From sequence record PP496439.1: a stretch of DNA of 64,000 nt; one strand, 5' to 3'. Every line of letters starts with the position of its first letter. Position 1 is the first letter of the stretch. Below, in pieces: positions 37,118 through 45,459 of the stretch. The notes beneath the pieces were generated by a model. The model was not told the origin of the DNA, did not search any database, and saw nothing but the letters and a program-made list of their open reading frames with translations. Made by a program: the position numbers and the translations under genes.

Positions 37118-37810
37118 ATGGCGAGCACGCTGGGCATTAAAGAAGCACAAGACATACTGGGGCTGGAACCGGGCGCTGACCTTGCCGATGTCAAAAAGGC
37201 CGTACGCAAGCTGTGTCAGAAGTTCCACCCGGACAAGGAAGGCGGCGACCCTGAGATGTTCCGGCGTGTGCGGGAAGCCGGGGAAGTGCTGGAGGAAATT
37301 CTGGCGGATCACGACATCATCCCAAATGAAGAATACCTGGACGCGCTCAGCTACGTCATCACCATGCTTGGCCAGAAGTACGTGGCGGCTGAGATGAACG
37401 GGATGAATGCCCGGCGTCGTGTCGCGATCAAGATGACCAACGACGTGTTCAGCTTCCACAACCTGCAGCAAGCGGCTTTCGCAGCGGCAGCACCACCCAG
37501 TGCAGAGTCCTACGTGTTGAACGAACTCGAACAAGAGATCAAAGTCAACATCGATGAGTTCGACGCCTCAATCGAACGGCACTCCGTTCAGGGTAAAGGG
37601 CTACGAATGCTGATGCAGAACATGCGGGCGCCTAAGATGGCGTACTCCGTGTGGCAAGACGCTCGGGACTCCTTGGCGCAGGCCATTCGCCAGCAACGCA
37701 ACAACATCCGCATGGCTAAGCTCAGGTTGCAAGCACTGCAAGAGTTCGAAGCCATCCAGCACAAGCGTAAGCAGGAAGCCATTCGTCTGGCTCACGGGGT
37801 GCGTTCATGA
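37118..37810 (+). CDS. J-domain protein
   Basis: ILGLEPGADLADVKKAVRKLCQKFHPDKEGG with an intact HPD motif, and a helical C-terminus. Confidence 0.85.
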   Translation: MASTLGIKEAQDILGLEPGADLADVKKAVRKLCQKFHPDKEGGDPEMFRRVREAGEVLEEILADHDIIPNEEYLDALSYVITMLGQKYVAAEMNGMNARRRVAIKMTNDVFSFHNLQQAAFAAAAPPSAESYVLNELEQEIKVNIDEFDASIERHSVQGKGLRMLMQNMRAPKMAYSVWQDARDSLAQAIRQQRNNIRMAKLRLQALQEFEAIQHKRKQEAIRLAHGVRS

Positions 37811-38418
37811 TCTCGGAACAGATGCTGCATTGGTTGAAGACCTCAGCCCCATGGAGACCTGTGCTGATCGTGGATATCGACGGTGTGATCTTGAACAACG
37901 AACATCGTCTGCATCATATCGTGCACACGGTGGACGGCGTTCAGGTTAACCGTACGGATGCGGACTGGGAAGCCTTCCACGCCAAAGGTTCCATGGATAC
38001 GCCGGGTGCGGCAGCAGCATTCATCGAGGCATGTTCCACTACATTCACTCCGATCTTCGTTACCGCCCGTGTGGCCTTTGGTGAGCAGCGCAAGCACGTG
38101 CACGATATGCTGGTTAAGACGTTGCCCAAGATCAAGGACAACAACTGGCGTACGGGTTGCCCGTCCAAGGATGAGATCTTCCCGTTGTTCATGCGGGCGC
38201 CCAACGAGAACTGGGACACGCAGAAGGTGGGCGGTGGGGACGCCATCGTGCACCACTCTGATTACAAGCGAGTGGCAATCCAGTGGCTTCGGACTCAAGG
38301 TATTAACCCCATGGCGGGTCTGGATGACTCCCTTACCATTTGCAAGATGTTCGCGGAGGAAGGCCTCCTGAGCTTGCGAGTTCACAACCACGTAGCAGAC
38401 GCGGCGCTGATGCGCTGA
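37807..38418 (+). CDS. HAD-family phosphatase (polynucleotide kinase phosphatase-like)
   Basis: DIDG, VTAR and LDD motifs. Confidence 0.8.
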   Translation: MISEQMLHWLKTSAPWRPVLIVDIDGVILNNEHRLHHIVHTVDGVQVNRTDADWEAFHAKGSMDTPGAAAAFIEACSTTFTPIFVTARVAFGEQRKHVHDMLVKTLPKIKDNNWRTGCPSKDEIFPLFMRAPNENWDTQKVGGGDAIVHHSDYKRVAIQWLRTQGINPMAGLDDSLTICKMFAEEGLLSLRVHNHVADAALMR

Positions 38419-38428
38419 GGATAAGAAC

Positions 38429-38710
38429 ATGAAGACTGAACAAGAAATGCAGCGCACCAAGGTTTCCCAATCAATGGCCGCTCTTCTGAACGATGCCGTC
38501 GGTGGATCGATAGGACCTTCGTTGCGTGACCTGGGCAATGCGGTCATGGGTAAACCGAAACACAAGCGCAAGGTGATGAACCGAGCGATCAAGCGGGTCA
38601 ATGCCATCGTCTCCAAACACGGCGTGTGCCCAAAGGTTCTGGCGCCGGTCCGCTTCGTGTCGTCCAAGAAGGACGTGTTCAAACTGGCTAAGATCAAATC
38701 GATCTGCTAA
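38429..38710 (+). CDS. Basic hypothetical protein
   Basis: 93 aa with a GAGGA SD. Confidence 0.65.
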   Translation: MKTEQEMQRTKVSQSMAALLNDAVGGSIGPSLRDLGNAVMGKPKHKRKVMNRAIKRVNAIVSKHGVCPKVLAPVRFVSSKKDVFKLAKIKSIC

Positions 38711-38724
38711 TCGAGGGCAAGACC

Positions 38725-38865
38725 ATGAATGACTATCCCGTGTATCCGTACCACTCTGCACAGGCAAAAGATTTTCGTAAGAACTTCGCAGAGGCACGTG
38801 CCGCTGGACTCCCTGAGTTCACGTGGGAAGGTCGACGTTACACCACCAAACGAGCAGACGATTAA
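38725..38865 (+). CDS. Small protein (46 aa, not in the ORF track)
   Basis: MNDYPVYPYHSAQAKDFRKNFAEARAAGLPEFTWEGRRYTTKRADD, with a GAGGG SD. Confidence 0.6.
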   Translation: MNDYPVYPYHSAQAKDFRKNFAEARAAGLPEFTWEGRRYTTKRADD

Positions 38866-38902
38866 ACCAATGCCCGGCCTAACCGTCGGGCATTGTCGCC
38901 TG

Positions 38903-38932
38903 TTGACATCCCGCTTCGACGTGTGGCATACT
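38903..38932 (+). promoter_or_regulatory. Sigma70-type promoter
   Basis: TTGACA, 18-bp spacer, extended -10 TGG-CATACT. Confidence 0.65.
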
Positions 38933-39001
38933 GGCACCATGGGGCTACCATGGCCCCGGAAATGCTGGACCGACCAGCCACTGTCCTAAGAGGAATGCAC
39001 C

Positions 39002-39424
39002 ATGCCCAAGCCCGTACCGACCCTGTTCATGAAGGCCCCGTTCGAACTCGTCTGGGGTAAACCGGAGGATGGCAACGAACTGCCGGGATCTCCGTTTGAC
39101 GGCATCAACGTCAAAGGCAATGACTACGCTGCCAGCGCACAAGATCTGATGCTGCTGCACACGATGGTCGATGACTGGGCCTTCGTTCGCTTCACCGTGT
39201 TCGGCTTCGAGTTGACTCTGGATCAGATGCTGATGCTTTGCTGGTGGGAAGACAAGTGCCCGGCACACTGGTCAATGGCAGAGCATGTGGACAATCCCCA
39301 GGTTAATACTGCCAGTCATAATGAGGCAACTCTCGCCCAGCGCTGTGCCCAGATTCTTTCAGTGGCATTGGGTAGCGCGGGAAATTGCATTCTTGATATC
39401 GAGTCAAATCCCAGCAAGGTCTAA
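39002..39424 (+). CDS. Hypothetical early protein
   Basis: 140 aa with a GAGGA SD. Confidence 0.6.
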   Translation: MPKPVPTLFMKAPFELVWGKPEDGNELPGSPFDGINVKGNDYAASAQDLMLLHTMVDDWAFVRFTVFGFELTLDQMLMLCWWEDKCPAHWSMAEHVDNPQVNTASHNEATLAQRCAQILSVALGSAGNCILDIESNPSKV

Positions 39425-39480
39425 TTCACACACGGACCTTTCGGGGTCCGTTCACTTTCTGTCCCAAAGAGGAATGCAAC

Positions 39481-39837
39481 ATGAGCAGAGCACCCGTCCG
39501 CAATAAGGTCTACACGTATGGCGAAATCATCGACGATCTGTTCCTGCGTGACACCCCGTGTCTTATGGTGTACGTCGGTGATGGGGGTAGCCCGATCAAG
39601 AGCTACTATCCCGTCAACTCTGATCTCACTTACGAGGAACTGCGTAAGCTGCCGGGCTGGGAAGACAGCCGCTGGACGTTCGTTCGTGAGACCAGTGAAT
39701 GGATTCCAGTCTTCCACTGGGACAATGATCAAGGTAGCCCGACGCAACTGGTGCAGGTGAACCGTAGTGAGTACTACGATCTGGAGCACACGTCCATGGA
39801 TCGTCTTATCGTAACACCGAAAGAGGCAGCTCGATGA
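39481..39837 (+). CDS. Hypothetical early protein
   Basis: 118 aa, with the same AGAGGAATGCA leader as 39002. Confidence 0.7.
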   Translation: MSRAPVRNKVYTYGEIIDDLFLRDTPCLMVYVGDGGSPIKSYYPVNSDLTYEELRKLPGWEDSRWTFVRETSEWIPVFHWDNDQGSPTQLVQVNRSEYYDLEHTSMDRLIVTPKEAAR

Positions 39838-40328
39838 AGATCCAACGGATTGAAAAGACTACAGTAACTGATCTGATGCTCCGTGCGTTGGATCAAGGGT
39901 TCTTAGTCAGCTCGTATCACGACAAGAAGAAACGTCCTGTGGTCATGGTGGTGCGTATCCATGAGGACAAGATGAAACTGGTCAGTCATACGACGGGCAA
40001 GAGCTACGTCCACATGCTGGTTCAGTCGCTCGCTGATTCGCACGCCCTGTTCCCCGGCGTTCGGGACGTAGATGCACCCGTGGCTAAGAAAGACCTTACC
40101 CCACTGCTGGTGCAGGCAATGGAACGCGGATTCCGTGTTCACGGCGGCGGTCCATGGGAGAAAGGTGACACCACCTATTCAGTGATGATCTCACGGGATA
40201 CTGACACCGAGGTCCTTATCCTCGCAGCTGCGACGGAACCAGATCACTGCGACGCGCTGGAGACGGCGTTGACACGGGCGCTGGAGCGCTTCGGCCAGGT
40301 AGTCCCGATCACCAAAAATAAAGTTTGA
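39834..40328 (+). CDS. Hypothetical protein
   Basis: 164 aa with an ATGA overlap. Confidence 0.7.
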   Translation: MKIQRIEKTTVTDLMLRALDQGFLVSSYHDKKKRPVVMVVRIHEDKMKLVSHTTGKSYVHMLVQSLADSHALFPGVRDVDAPVAKKDLTPLLVQAMERGFRVHGGGPWEKGDTTYSVMISRDTDTEVLILAAATEPDHCDALETALTRALERFGQVVPITKNKV

Positions 40329-40353
40329 CAGCCAAAACTGTCTCTGGTACAAT
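40325..40353 (+). promoter_or_regulatory. Sigma70-type promoter
   Basis: TTGACA, 17-bp spacer, TACAAT. Confidence 0.8.
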
Positions 40354-40403
40354 GTATGTGCCGCGCCGTAAAGCGGCACACTACCCGAAGTGAAGGAACC
40401 GAG

Positions 40404-41306
40404 ATGACCAAAACATTAGCGCTGGCTCCTATGGAGAAAGCAAACCTGATACAGGACGCTGAGTTCGCCGCGACCGCCATCAAAGAGTTGCTCACCCTGC
40501 TGATCGAGACCACTACCGAGTTGAAGAAAGAGCACGAAGACCCAATGTCTGCGGCCAAAGCTCGGTGTGATGAGTTGAATAAGACGGTGACCAAGATTGT
40601 GTCGTCGCACAACGCCAAGAACCCTGAATTCATGTTGGCTATCGAGTCTGTGACCCGAGTGATCAACCATACCGTCTCAATCATGGACTTGACCAAACGT
40701 CGAGGATTGAGAGTCGGTAAACCCTATCTCCTAAGCTACAAGAAAGAGCTGGCTGGCAAGCTAGTTCAACTCGTAGACTTTCATCAGTTCTCTAAAGGAC
40801 TGCCCGTAAAAGGGACGAAAGACGCCTTGTCTGATACCGTGGTAGCACTCGCCGCCGATGCCGACAGCATCGATGCAAAGGTGAAGGCTAGCTCGGACAA
40901 CTCCAAGAACCCTGTGTTCATGATGGAGATGAATATCGTCCCGCCGTTCAACTACTTCTACGTACAACCCCGCAAGTTCCTGCTCCACAAGCTCGCCTTC
41001 GACCGCATCGGCAAAGGTGACAACAGCGACTTCATCGTGCTGAAGAAGCAAAAGGTTCTGGTGGTGGACAACGTTGCCGCCGAGAACTACAAGATGGAAC
41101 CGCTGGAGCTGGCCGCTACGCTGATCGAAGCCATCAATCTGAAACGCCCCGCTGGCACATCAGAGCTGGCGATGGTGATGGAAGAACATGCGTCACTCAA
41201 AGGCAGTTCAGGCTACACGTTCTACTGGGTGGTTCCTCTGCCCACGCTTCACGTGCTGCAACCCATCATCGGCCAAGGTACCCTCGCTTGGGGCTTGGCA
41301 GTCTAA
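40404..41306 (+). CDS. Hypothetical protein
   Basis: Start revised to ATG 40404 (AAGGA SD). Helical N-terminus. Confidence 0.7.
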   Translation: MTKTLALAPMEKANLIQDAEFAATAIKELLTLLIETTTELKKEHEDPMSAAKARCDELNKTVTKIVSSHNAKNPEFMLAIESVTRVINHTVSIMDLTKRRGLRVGKPYLLSYKKELAGKLVQLVDFHQFSKGLPVKGTKDALSDTVVALAADADSIDAKVKASSDNSKNPVFMMEMNIVPPFNYFYVQPRKFLLHKLAFDRIGKGDNSDFIVLKKQKVLVVDNVAAENYKMEPLELAATLIEAINLKRPAGTSELAMVMEEHASLKGSSGYTFYWVVPLPTLHVLQPIIGQGTLAWGLAV

Positions 41307-41336
41307 TCCGTTCACCCACCATAAAGAGTAATTGAA

Positions 41337-41843
41337 ATGGCAAAAGGTAAAACCCCGCTGTATCTGAGCTACATTGACACCATCAATGGTCTGCTCAACT
41401 CCATCAAGTTCTCCGCAGAACTGCCGGTGCACAAGAAGTCCATCGACCGCTCGGGCCGTAACGTCGAGTGGTTGCGCAAGGGTATCAAACGTGGTAAGCT
41501 GACTATCCCCGGCGTCGATATCGGCAACGAGTTCTGGAAGCTGGCCCAACTGCTCGAGGTGGAAGCTCCGGTCTACGGCACAGACGTTGTTCCTGTGATG
41601 ACTGCTGTAGACCTTGGTAAGAAAGAGAGCGGTGGGTTGAAGCCTGGTGAGTTCGCCACCGTCTCGGCAACCACGGACCCGTCCAAGTCTGAAGTAGCTC
41701 TGAGCAGTATCGAGCAACGTGAAGGTCGTATCCCTGCGCATAAGCGTTCGATCAGCAAGAGCCGTCACTTCGCCGAGAACTACGGCACCAATGCAGACGT
41801 GACGGCTAGCACCAAGACCCTCGACAAGTATGAAACCCGCTAA
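41337..41843 (+). CDS. Hypothetical protein
   Basis: 168 aa with strong codon bias. Confidence 0.7.
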   Translation: MAKGKTPLYLSYIDTINGLLNSIKFSAELPVHKKSIDRSGRNVEWLRKGIKRGKLTIPGVDIGNEFWKLAQLLEVEAPVYGTDVVPVMTAVDLGKKESGGLKPGEFATVSATTDPSKSEVALSSIEQREGRIPAHKRSISKSRHFAENYGTNADVTASTKTLDKYETR

Positions 41844-42321
41844 TCTCAAAGCTCTCGGGATTGACACCCGACCCGGAGCGATGAACATTCCAGATGGAAC
41901 GTGCTGGGTGTGCCCGGCGGTAGCGGGGCTGGAAGACCATCACATCATTCCGCGACACTGTGGGGGTGAAGGTGGGCCACAAGTCAGATTGTGCGGCGTG
42001 TGCCATACGTCGATCCACAATCTGGCCAACAACAAGAAAGTGCTGGCGCAAGAGATTGAACCGCTGGAGATCCATGAGTACAACAAGGCTTGGTCCGACG
42101 CGCTGATGTTGCGTAAAGGTCATGCACTGGCGTATGTCATTGCGAAGTCCAACAAGGTGACGAAGGGGGACGCCAACAGGAAGGTTAAGTTCGCCACCAC
42201 GTTCGACGGACTCACCAGCAGGCAGTTGAAGCAACTCAAGAAGAGCATGGGCTGCACAAGCCTTGACCAAACAATAGTGACGTTGATAAAACAGGCCCAC
42301 GGGCGACTGTTTAGGGGATAG
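41830..42321 (+). CDS. HNH endonuclease-like protein with C-terminal DNA-binding-like extension
   Basis: CWVC...EDHHIIPRHCGG...LCGVCHTSIH. Confidence 0.75.
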   Translation: MKPANLKALGIDTRPGAMNIPDGTCWVCPAVAGLEDHHIIPRHCGGEGGPQVRLCGVCHTSIHNLANNKKVLAQEIEPLEIHEYNKAWSDALMLRKGHALAYVIAKSNKVTKGDANRKVKFATTFDGLTSRQLKQLKKSMGCTSLDQTIVTLIKQAHGRLFRG

Positions 42322-42323
42322 AG

Positions 42324-43247
42324 ATGACCAAAAGTACTTCAGCTAACCAGAAGCAATTGAAAGACGTAGTTAGCTCACCGAAGCCATTCAATACAAAGCT
42401 AGAGCTGTATGTAGAAGATCATTTGTATTTCGATACGAAGAAGCCGTCGATCAAGGCGTCTTTCTCCGAGCTGGGGTTACAGCCGTTCGCCAAGGCACCG
42501 TCCAAAGGGTTCATCCCTAATCTGTCCAAGCTGGCCCGCTCCACCAACGGACCCGAACTGTTCCAGCATCTGGGCTCCCTCACCCAGAACCTAGATGCCA
42601 GCCAACTACGGCTGCTGTCCGTGGTGTTCAACAACATGGCGAAGATGGAAGCCCATGGCTTGAATTTCGGCCAGAAGGTTTACGTCAACGTCTCAAGCCC
42701 GCGCATCGAGTTCGTCGAGTGCTACGTCGAGGCCATCGTGATCGGCGTCGAGTCGGAACATCCAGAGTCTCCGGTGTTCCTGAGCGTAGCCTTCGAGAAG
42801 ATGGCGGCAGATGCTCCGATGTGTTGGTCAATGCCCACCAGTTCTTTCCTGACCGAACGCCAGTTCCGGCTGCTACGTAAGAGGCTGCGTGCGGAAGGCA
42901 AGACCAGTGTACCGGACAAGATTCGCAAGGAACACTTGTGCTGGGAACGCGAGAACTTCGGTAAGCCGTCGAACCGGTTGTCCGTTGACGAGACTGTTCA
43001 AACCATCGACACCGTCTCGGAGGACTGGCTCAACAGCAACGTCCTCTCCCTGCTTGATCCGTATGTGGATCCGACAGCACTGGAAGAGACCGAAGTGGCC
43101 GATGTCGAAGTGGTTGAAGAGAAGAAGACGCGAACCCGTGGTCCACGGAATCGTCGTGCAGAAGATAAGCAGACGCTTAGCCAAACTAAGGTCAAGTCGT
43201 CTGGTTCAGTGAAGATGAGCAACAACAGCATCTCCATCGTTCACTGA
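42324..43247 (+). CDS. Hypothetical protein
   Basis: 307 aa in an operon. Confidence 0.7.
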   Translation: MTKSTSANQKQLKDVVSSPKPFNTKLELYVEDHLYFDTKKPSIKASFSELGLQPFAKAPSKGFIPNLSKLARSTNGPELFQHLGSLTQNLDASQLRLLSVVFNNMAKMEAHGLNFGQKVYVNVSSPRIEFVECYVEAIVIGVESEHPESPVFLSVAFEKMAADAPMCWSMPTSSFLTERQFRLLRKRLRAEGKTSVPDKIRKEHLCWERENFGKPSNRLSVDETVQTIDTVSEDWLNSNVLSLLDPYVDPTALEETEVADVEVVEEKKTRTRGPRNRRAEDKQTLSQTKVKSSGSVKMSNNSISIVH

Positions 43248-43311
43248 TACCGATCCGCTGTATACCTTAAGTTGCTTATACCTTCAATACAACGAACCGA
43301 GATTCTGATAC

Positions 43312-44391
43312 ATGAAGATTACAAATGTGCATTCCACCCTACTCAATCTTGGAGTTAACCGATCACTGCTGGAGCAAGCAGTTCAGGTTACATTGAGTGC
43401 GTTGATGCGACTGATCTCAGTTGACGCATACTGTAAGAAGATGAAGAAAGACTTCGGCATCGTGATGAACACTCAAGTGTTCAACGACACCTTCGACAAC
43501 GGCTACTATCTGAAACATGTCAAGCTTTATCTGGCGTGGTGTGTCGGCAAGAAGCTGACGGACAGCATCGACATCCGCCGGGCAGGTCGCCAGTTCGAAC
43601 TGGACGCCAAAGATCGTCAGCTGGTCAACCTGATGAAACCCGCCGACCACAAGATGGTACTGAGCAAGATCAATCCGGAAGTCGAACTGTACGCGTCACC
43701 CAAGGTGATGGACATCAAGATTGGTGCGGCCATCGACTCGCTGACAGATCACATCGGCAAGTTCACCAACAAGAAGTTGACCTTCACCACGAAGGGTACT
43801 GGCCGGGATAAGGATGACGTGCACAGTGATCTTCGTATCGCCGCGTTGCGTGCCGCCTACAAGACCTACCCGTTCCAGCTGTGTGACTTGCATCTCATCA
43901 ACTCGATGAAGTCTGCCATCCACAACGTCGGCATCAACCTGATCCAGTCCGCCACGACCAAGAGTCGTCAAGTGATGGTCAAGGAAGATGATGAGTTCAT
44001 CATGCTGCGCGAGAACTTCGACTTCTACGGCAGCCATAACGACGTGGCGTCGGTCGTGAGCAGTTGCGGGCTGGACGGGGGCGCCGCTATGGGCTCAGGC
44101 GGGTGTTCCACCACTGACAGCATTACGTATCAGCAGTTGGTGTCCCAAGTCAAAGGCCGGGCAGCACAGTTCCTCGTAATGCTGGCCGGTCACTACTCGG
44201 AAAGGTTCTCCGCGTACTTGCGACAGATCGGCATCAACAAAGACAATGATGAATGGTCCCAAGCAGTTCTCACCGGTCGGCGCACGTCCATCCAGCGCTA
44301 CTGTGAGATCATCGCAGACTATTGCAAAGTCCCCCACGAGATTGCCAACAAACTGCTAGCAGGTTATCGCCAGCAGATGGCCGTAATGTAA
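43312..44391 (+). CDS. Putative phage RNA polymerase sigma factor-like protein
   Basis: DKDDVHSDLRIAALRA...LINSMKSAIHNVGINLIQ resembles sigma region 2. Confidence 0.45.
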   Translation: MKITNVHSTLLNLGVNRSLLEQAVQVTLSALMRLISVDAYCKKMKKDFGIVMNTQVFNDTFDNGYYLKHVKLYLAWCVGKKLTDSIDIRRAGRQFELDAKDRQLVNLMKPADHKMVLSKINPEVELYASPKVMDIKIGAAIDSLTDHIGKFTNKKLTFTTKGTGRDKDDVHSDLRIAALRAAYKTYPFQLCDLHLINSMKSAIHNVGINLIQSATTKSRQVMVKEDDEFIMLRENFDFYGSHNDVASVVSSCGLDGGAAMGSGGCSTTDSITYQQLVSQVKGRAAQFLVMLAGHYSERFSAYLRQIGINKDNDEWSQAVLTGRRTSIQRYCEIIADYCKVPHEIANKLLAGYRQQMAVM

Positions 44392-44402
44392 GGAGAGCTG
44401 TC

Positions 44403-44618
44403 ATGCCCCGTATCGTAGTCCATCCCTCTGAGAGTCACTGGTTCAGGGGGTTAAAGTTCGCCGAGAAGTTGTATCTAAAAGATGGACTCACTTTAGAAGA
44501 AGTTGAGACGTGTCTGAATATCAACCGACGCGCCCTTCTCCGAGATGAAGAATACCTACGGGGCGTTGATGACTATCTGGGGTATGCCCGTGAGAAGCTC
44601 CGGGCTGTCCATCACTAA
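44403..44618 (+). CDS. Small hypothetical protein
   Basis: Start revised to 44403 (MPRIVV) with an AAGGAG SD. Confidence 0.6.
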   Translation: MPRIVVHPSESHWFRGLKFAEKLYLKDGLTLEEVETCLNINRRALLRDEEYLRGVDDYLGYAREKLRAVHH

Positions 44619-44635
44619 TAAAAGAGGAAACGACC

Positions 44636-44773
44636 ATGCGTCGAGCCCAACGTACATCGCAAGGTTTCAAGAATGGTTCCCACAATCGTAAGATGAAGGA
44701 CCACCGTAAACAACTCAACCAACCTCAGACCGAAGTACCGAAGGTTTGGGAAGCACTGGCGGAACTGGCATGA
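44636..44773 (+). CDS. Small basic protein (45 aa, not in the ORF track)
   Basis: AGAGG SD. Stop overlaps the kinase start (ATGA). Confidence 0.5.
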   Translation: MRRAQRTSQGFKNGSHNRKMKDHRKQLNQPQTEVPKVWEALAELA

Positions 44774-45459
44774 AAGACTACACACTGATCGTAATCTCCG
44801 GCACGCATCGCACCGGTAAGACCACCATGATGCAGGAGTTCGTCAAACAGAACCCTGAGTTCCAGATACTGCCGTTCACTGTGACCAACATCTGGCACAA
44901 TGTGTTCGGCGACCGTCCGTACACCATGGATCTGGAACCCTATGATCGTCTGCTGCTCCAGTTCGGTCTGCTTAATGCGTGGATTATGTGTGTTACAGAT
45001 CACGTTGCCAAAGGTGGAAAGTGGATCGTTGATCGAGGTCCACTTGACTTCGCCACATACATGCGTCTCGGATTGATCGACTGCATGAACCACGATGTCA
45101 ATCTGCAAGCCGAACAGTTCGTGCTCAACTGCATCCAGGCCACGGCGGGGCTTGTCAGTTACGAAATCTTGGTCAGTCCTGTTCTGCACCGGATCAACGG
45201 TGATATGGTAGAGGATGATGTCACGAAGCTCACCGGCAAGGTGGGGCTGATGAATCAGACGGTGTTCCATTCCATCCTGCGTGACGTGGCCCAAGACACC
45301 CTCCGGTCCAGCATCTGCAGCGGGTACTCGGTTGGGCAACTGATCAATCTGCAGGAGCTACCTACCGAGATCATTCATCTTGATGCTCGTGTCAATTGGC
45401 TTCGGGAGGTGATAGATGCCAAACAGAAAGGAAAGGCCCGCCTACAGCCAACCCGCTAA
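44770..45459 (+). CDS. P-loop nucleotide kinase (NadR/AAA_28-like, possible dNMP kinase)
   Basis: ISGTHRTGKTT Walker A and IVDRGPLD. Confidence 0.75.
   Translation: MKDYTLIVISGTHRTGKTTMMQEFVKQNPEFQILPFTVTNIWHNVFGDRPYTMDLEPYDRLLLQFGLLNAWIMCVTDHVAKGGKWIVDRGPLDFATYMRLGLIDCMNHDVNLQAEQFVLNCIQATAGLVSYEILVSPVLHRINGDMVEDDVTKLTGKVGLMNQTVFHSILRDVAQDTLRSSICSGYSVGQLINLQELPTEIIHLDARVNWLREVIDAKQKGKARLQPTR

Noticed and set aside
2255-43282. CTTAT-like motif upstream of the capsid, scaffold, 32495 and sigma-like genes as a late promoter
   Set aside because: Only 5 bp with variable flanks and few copies. It cannot be separated from chance without a motif search.
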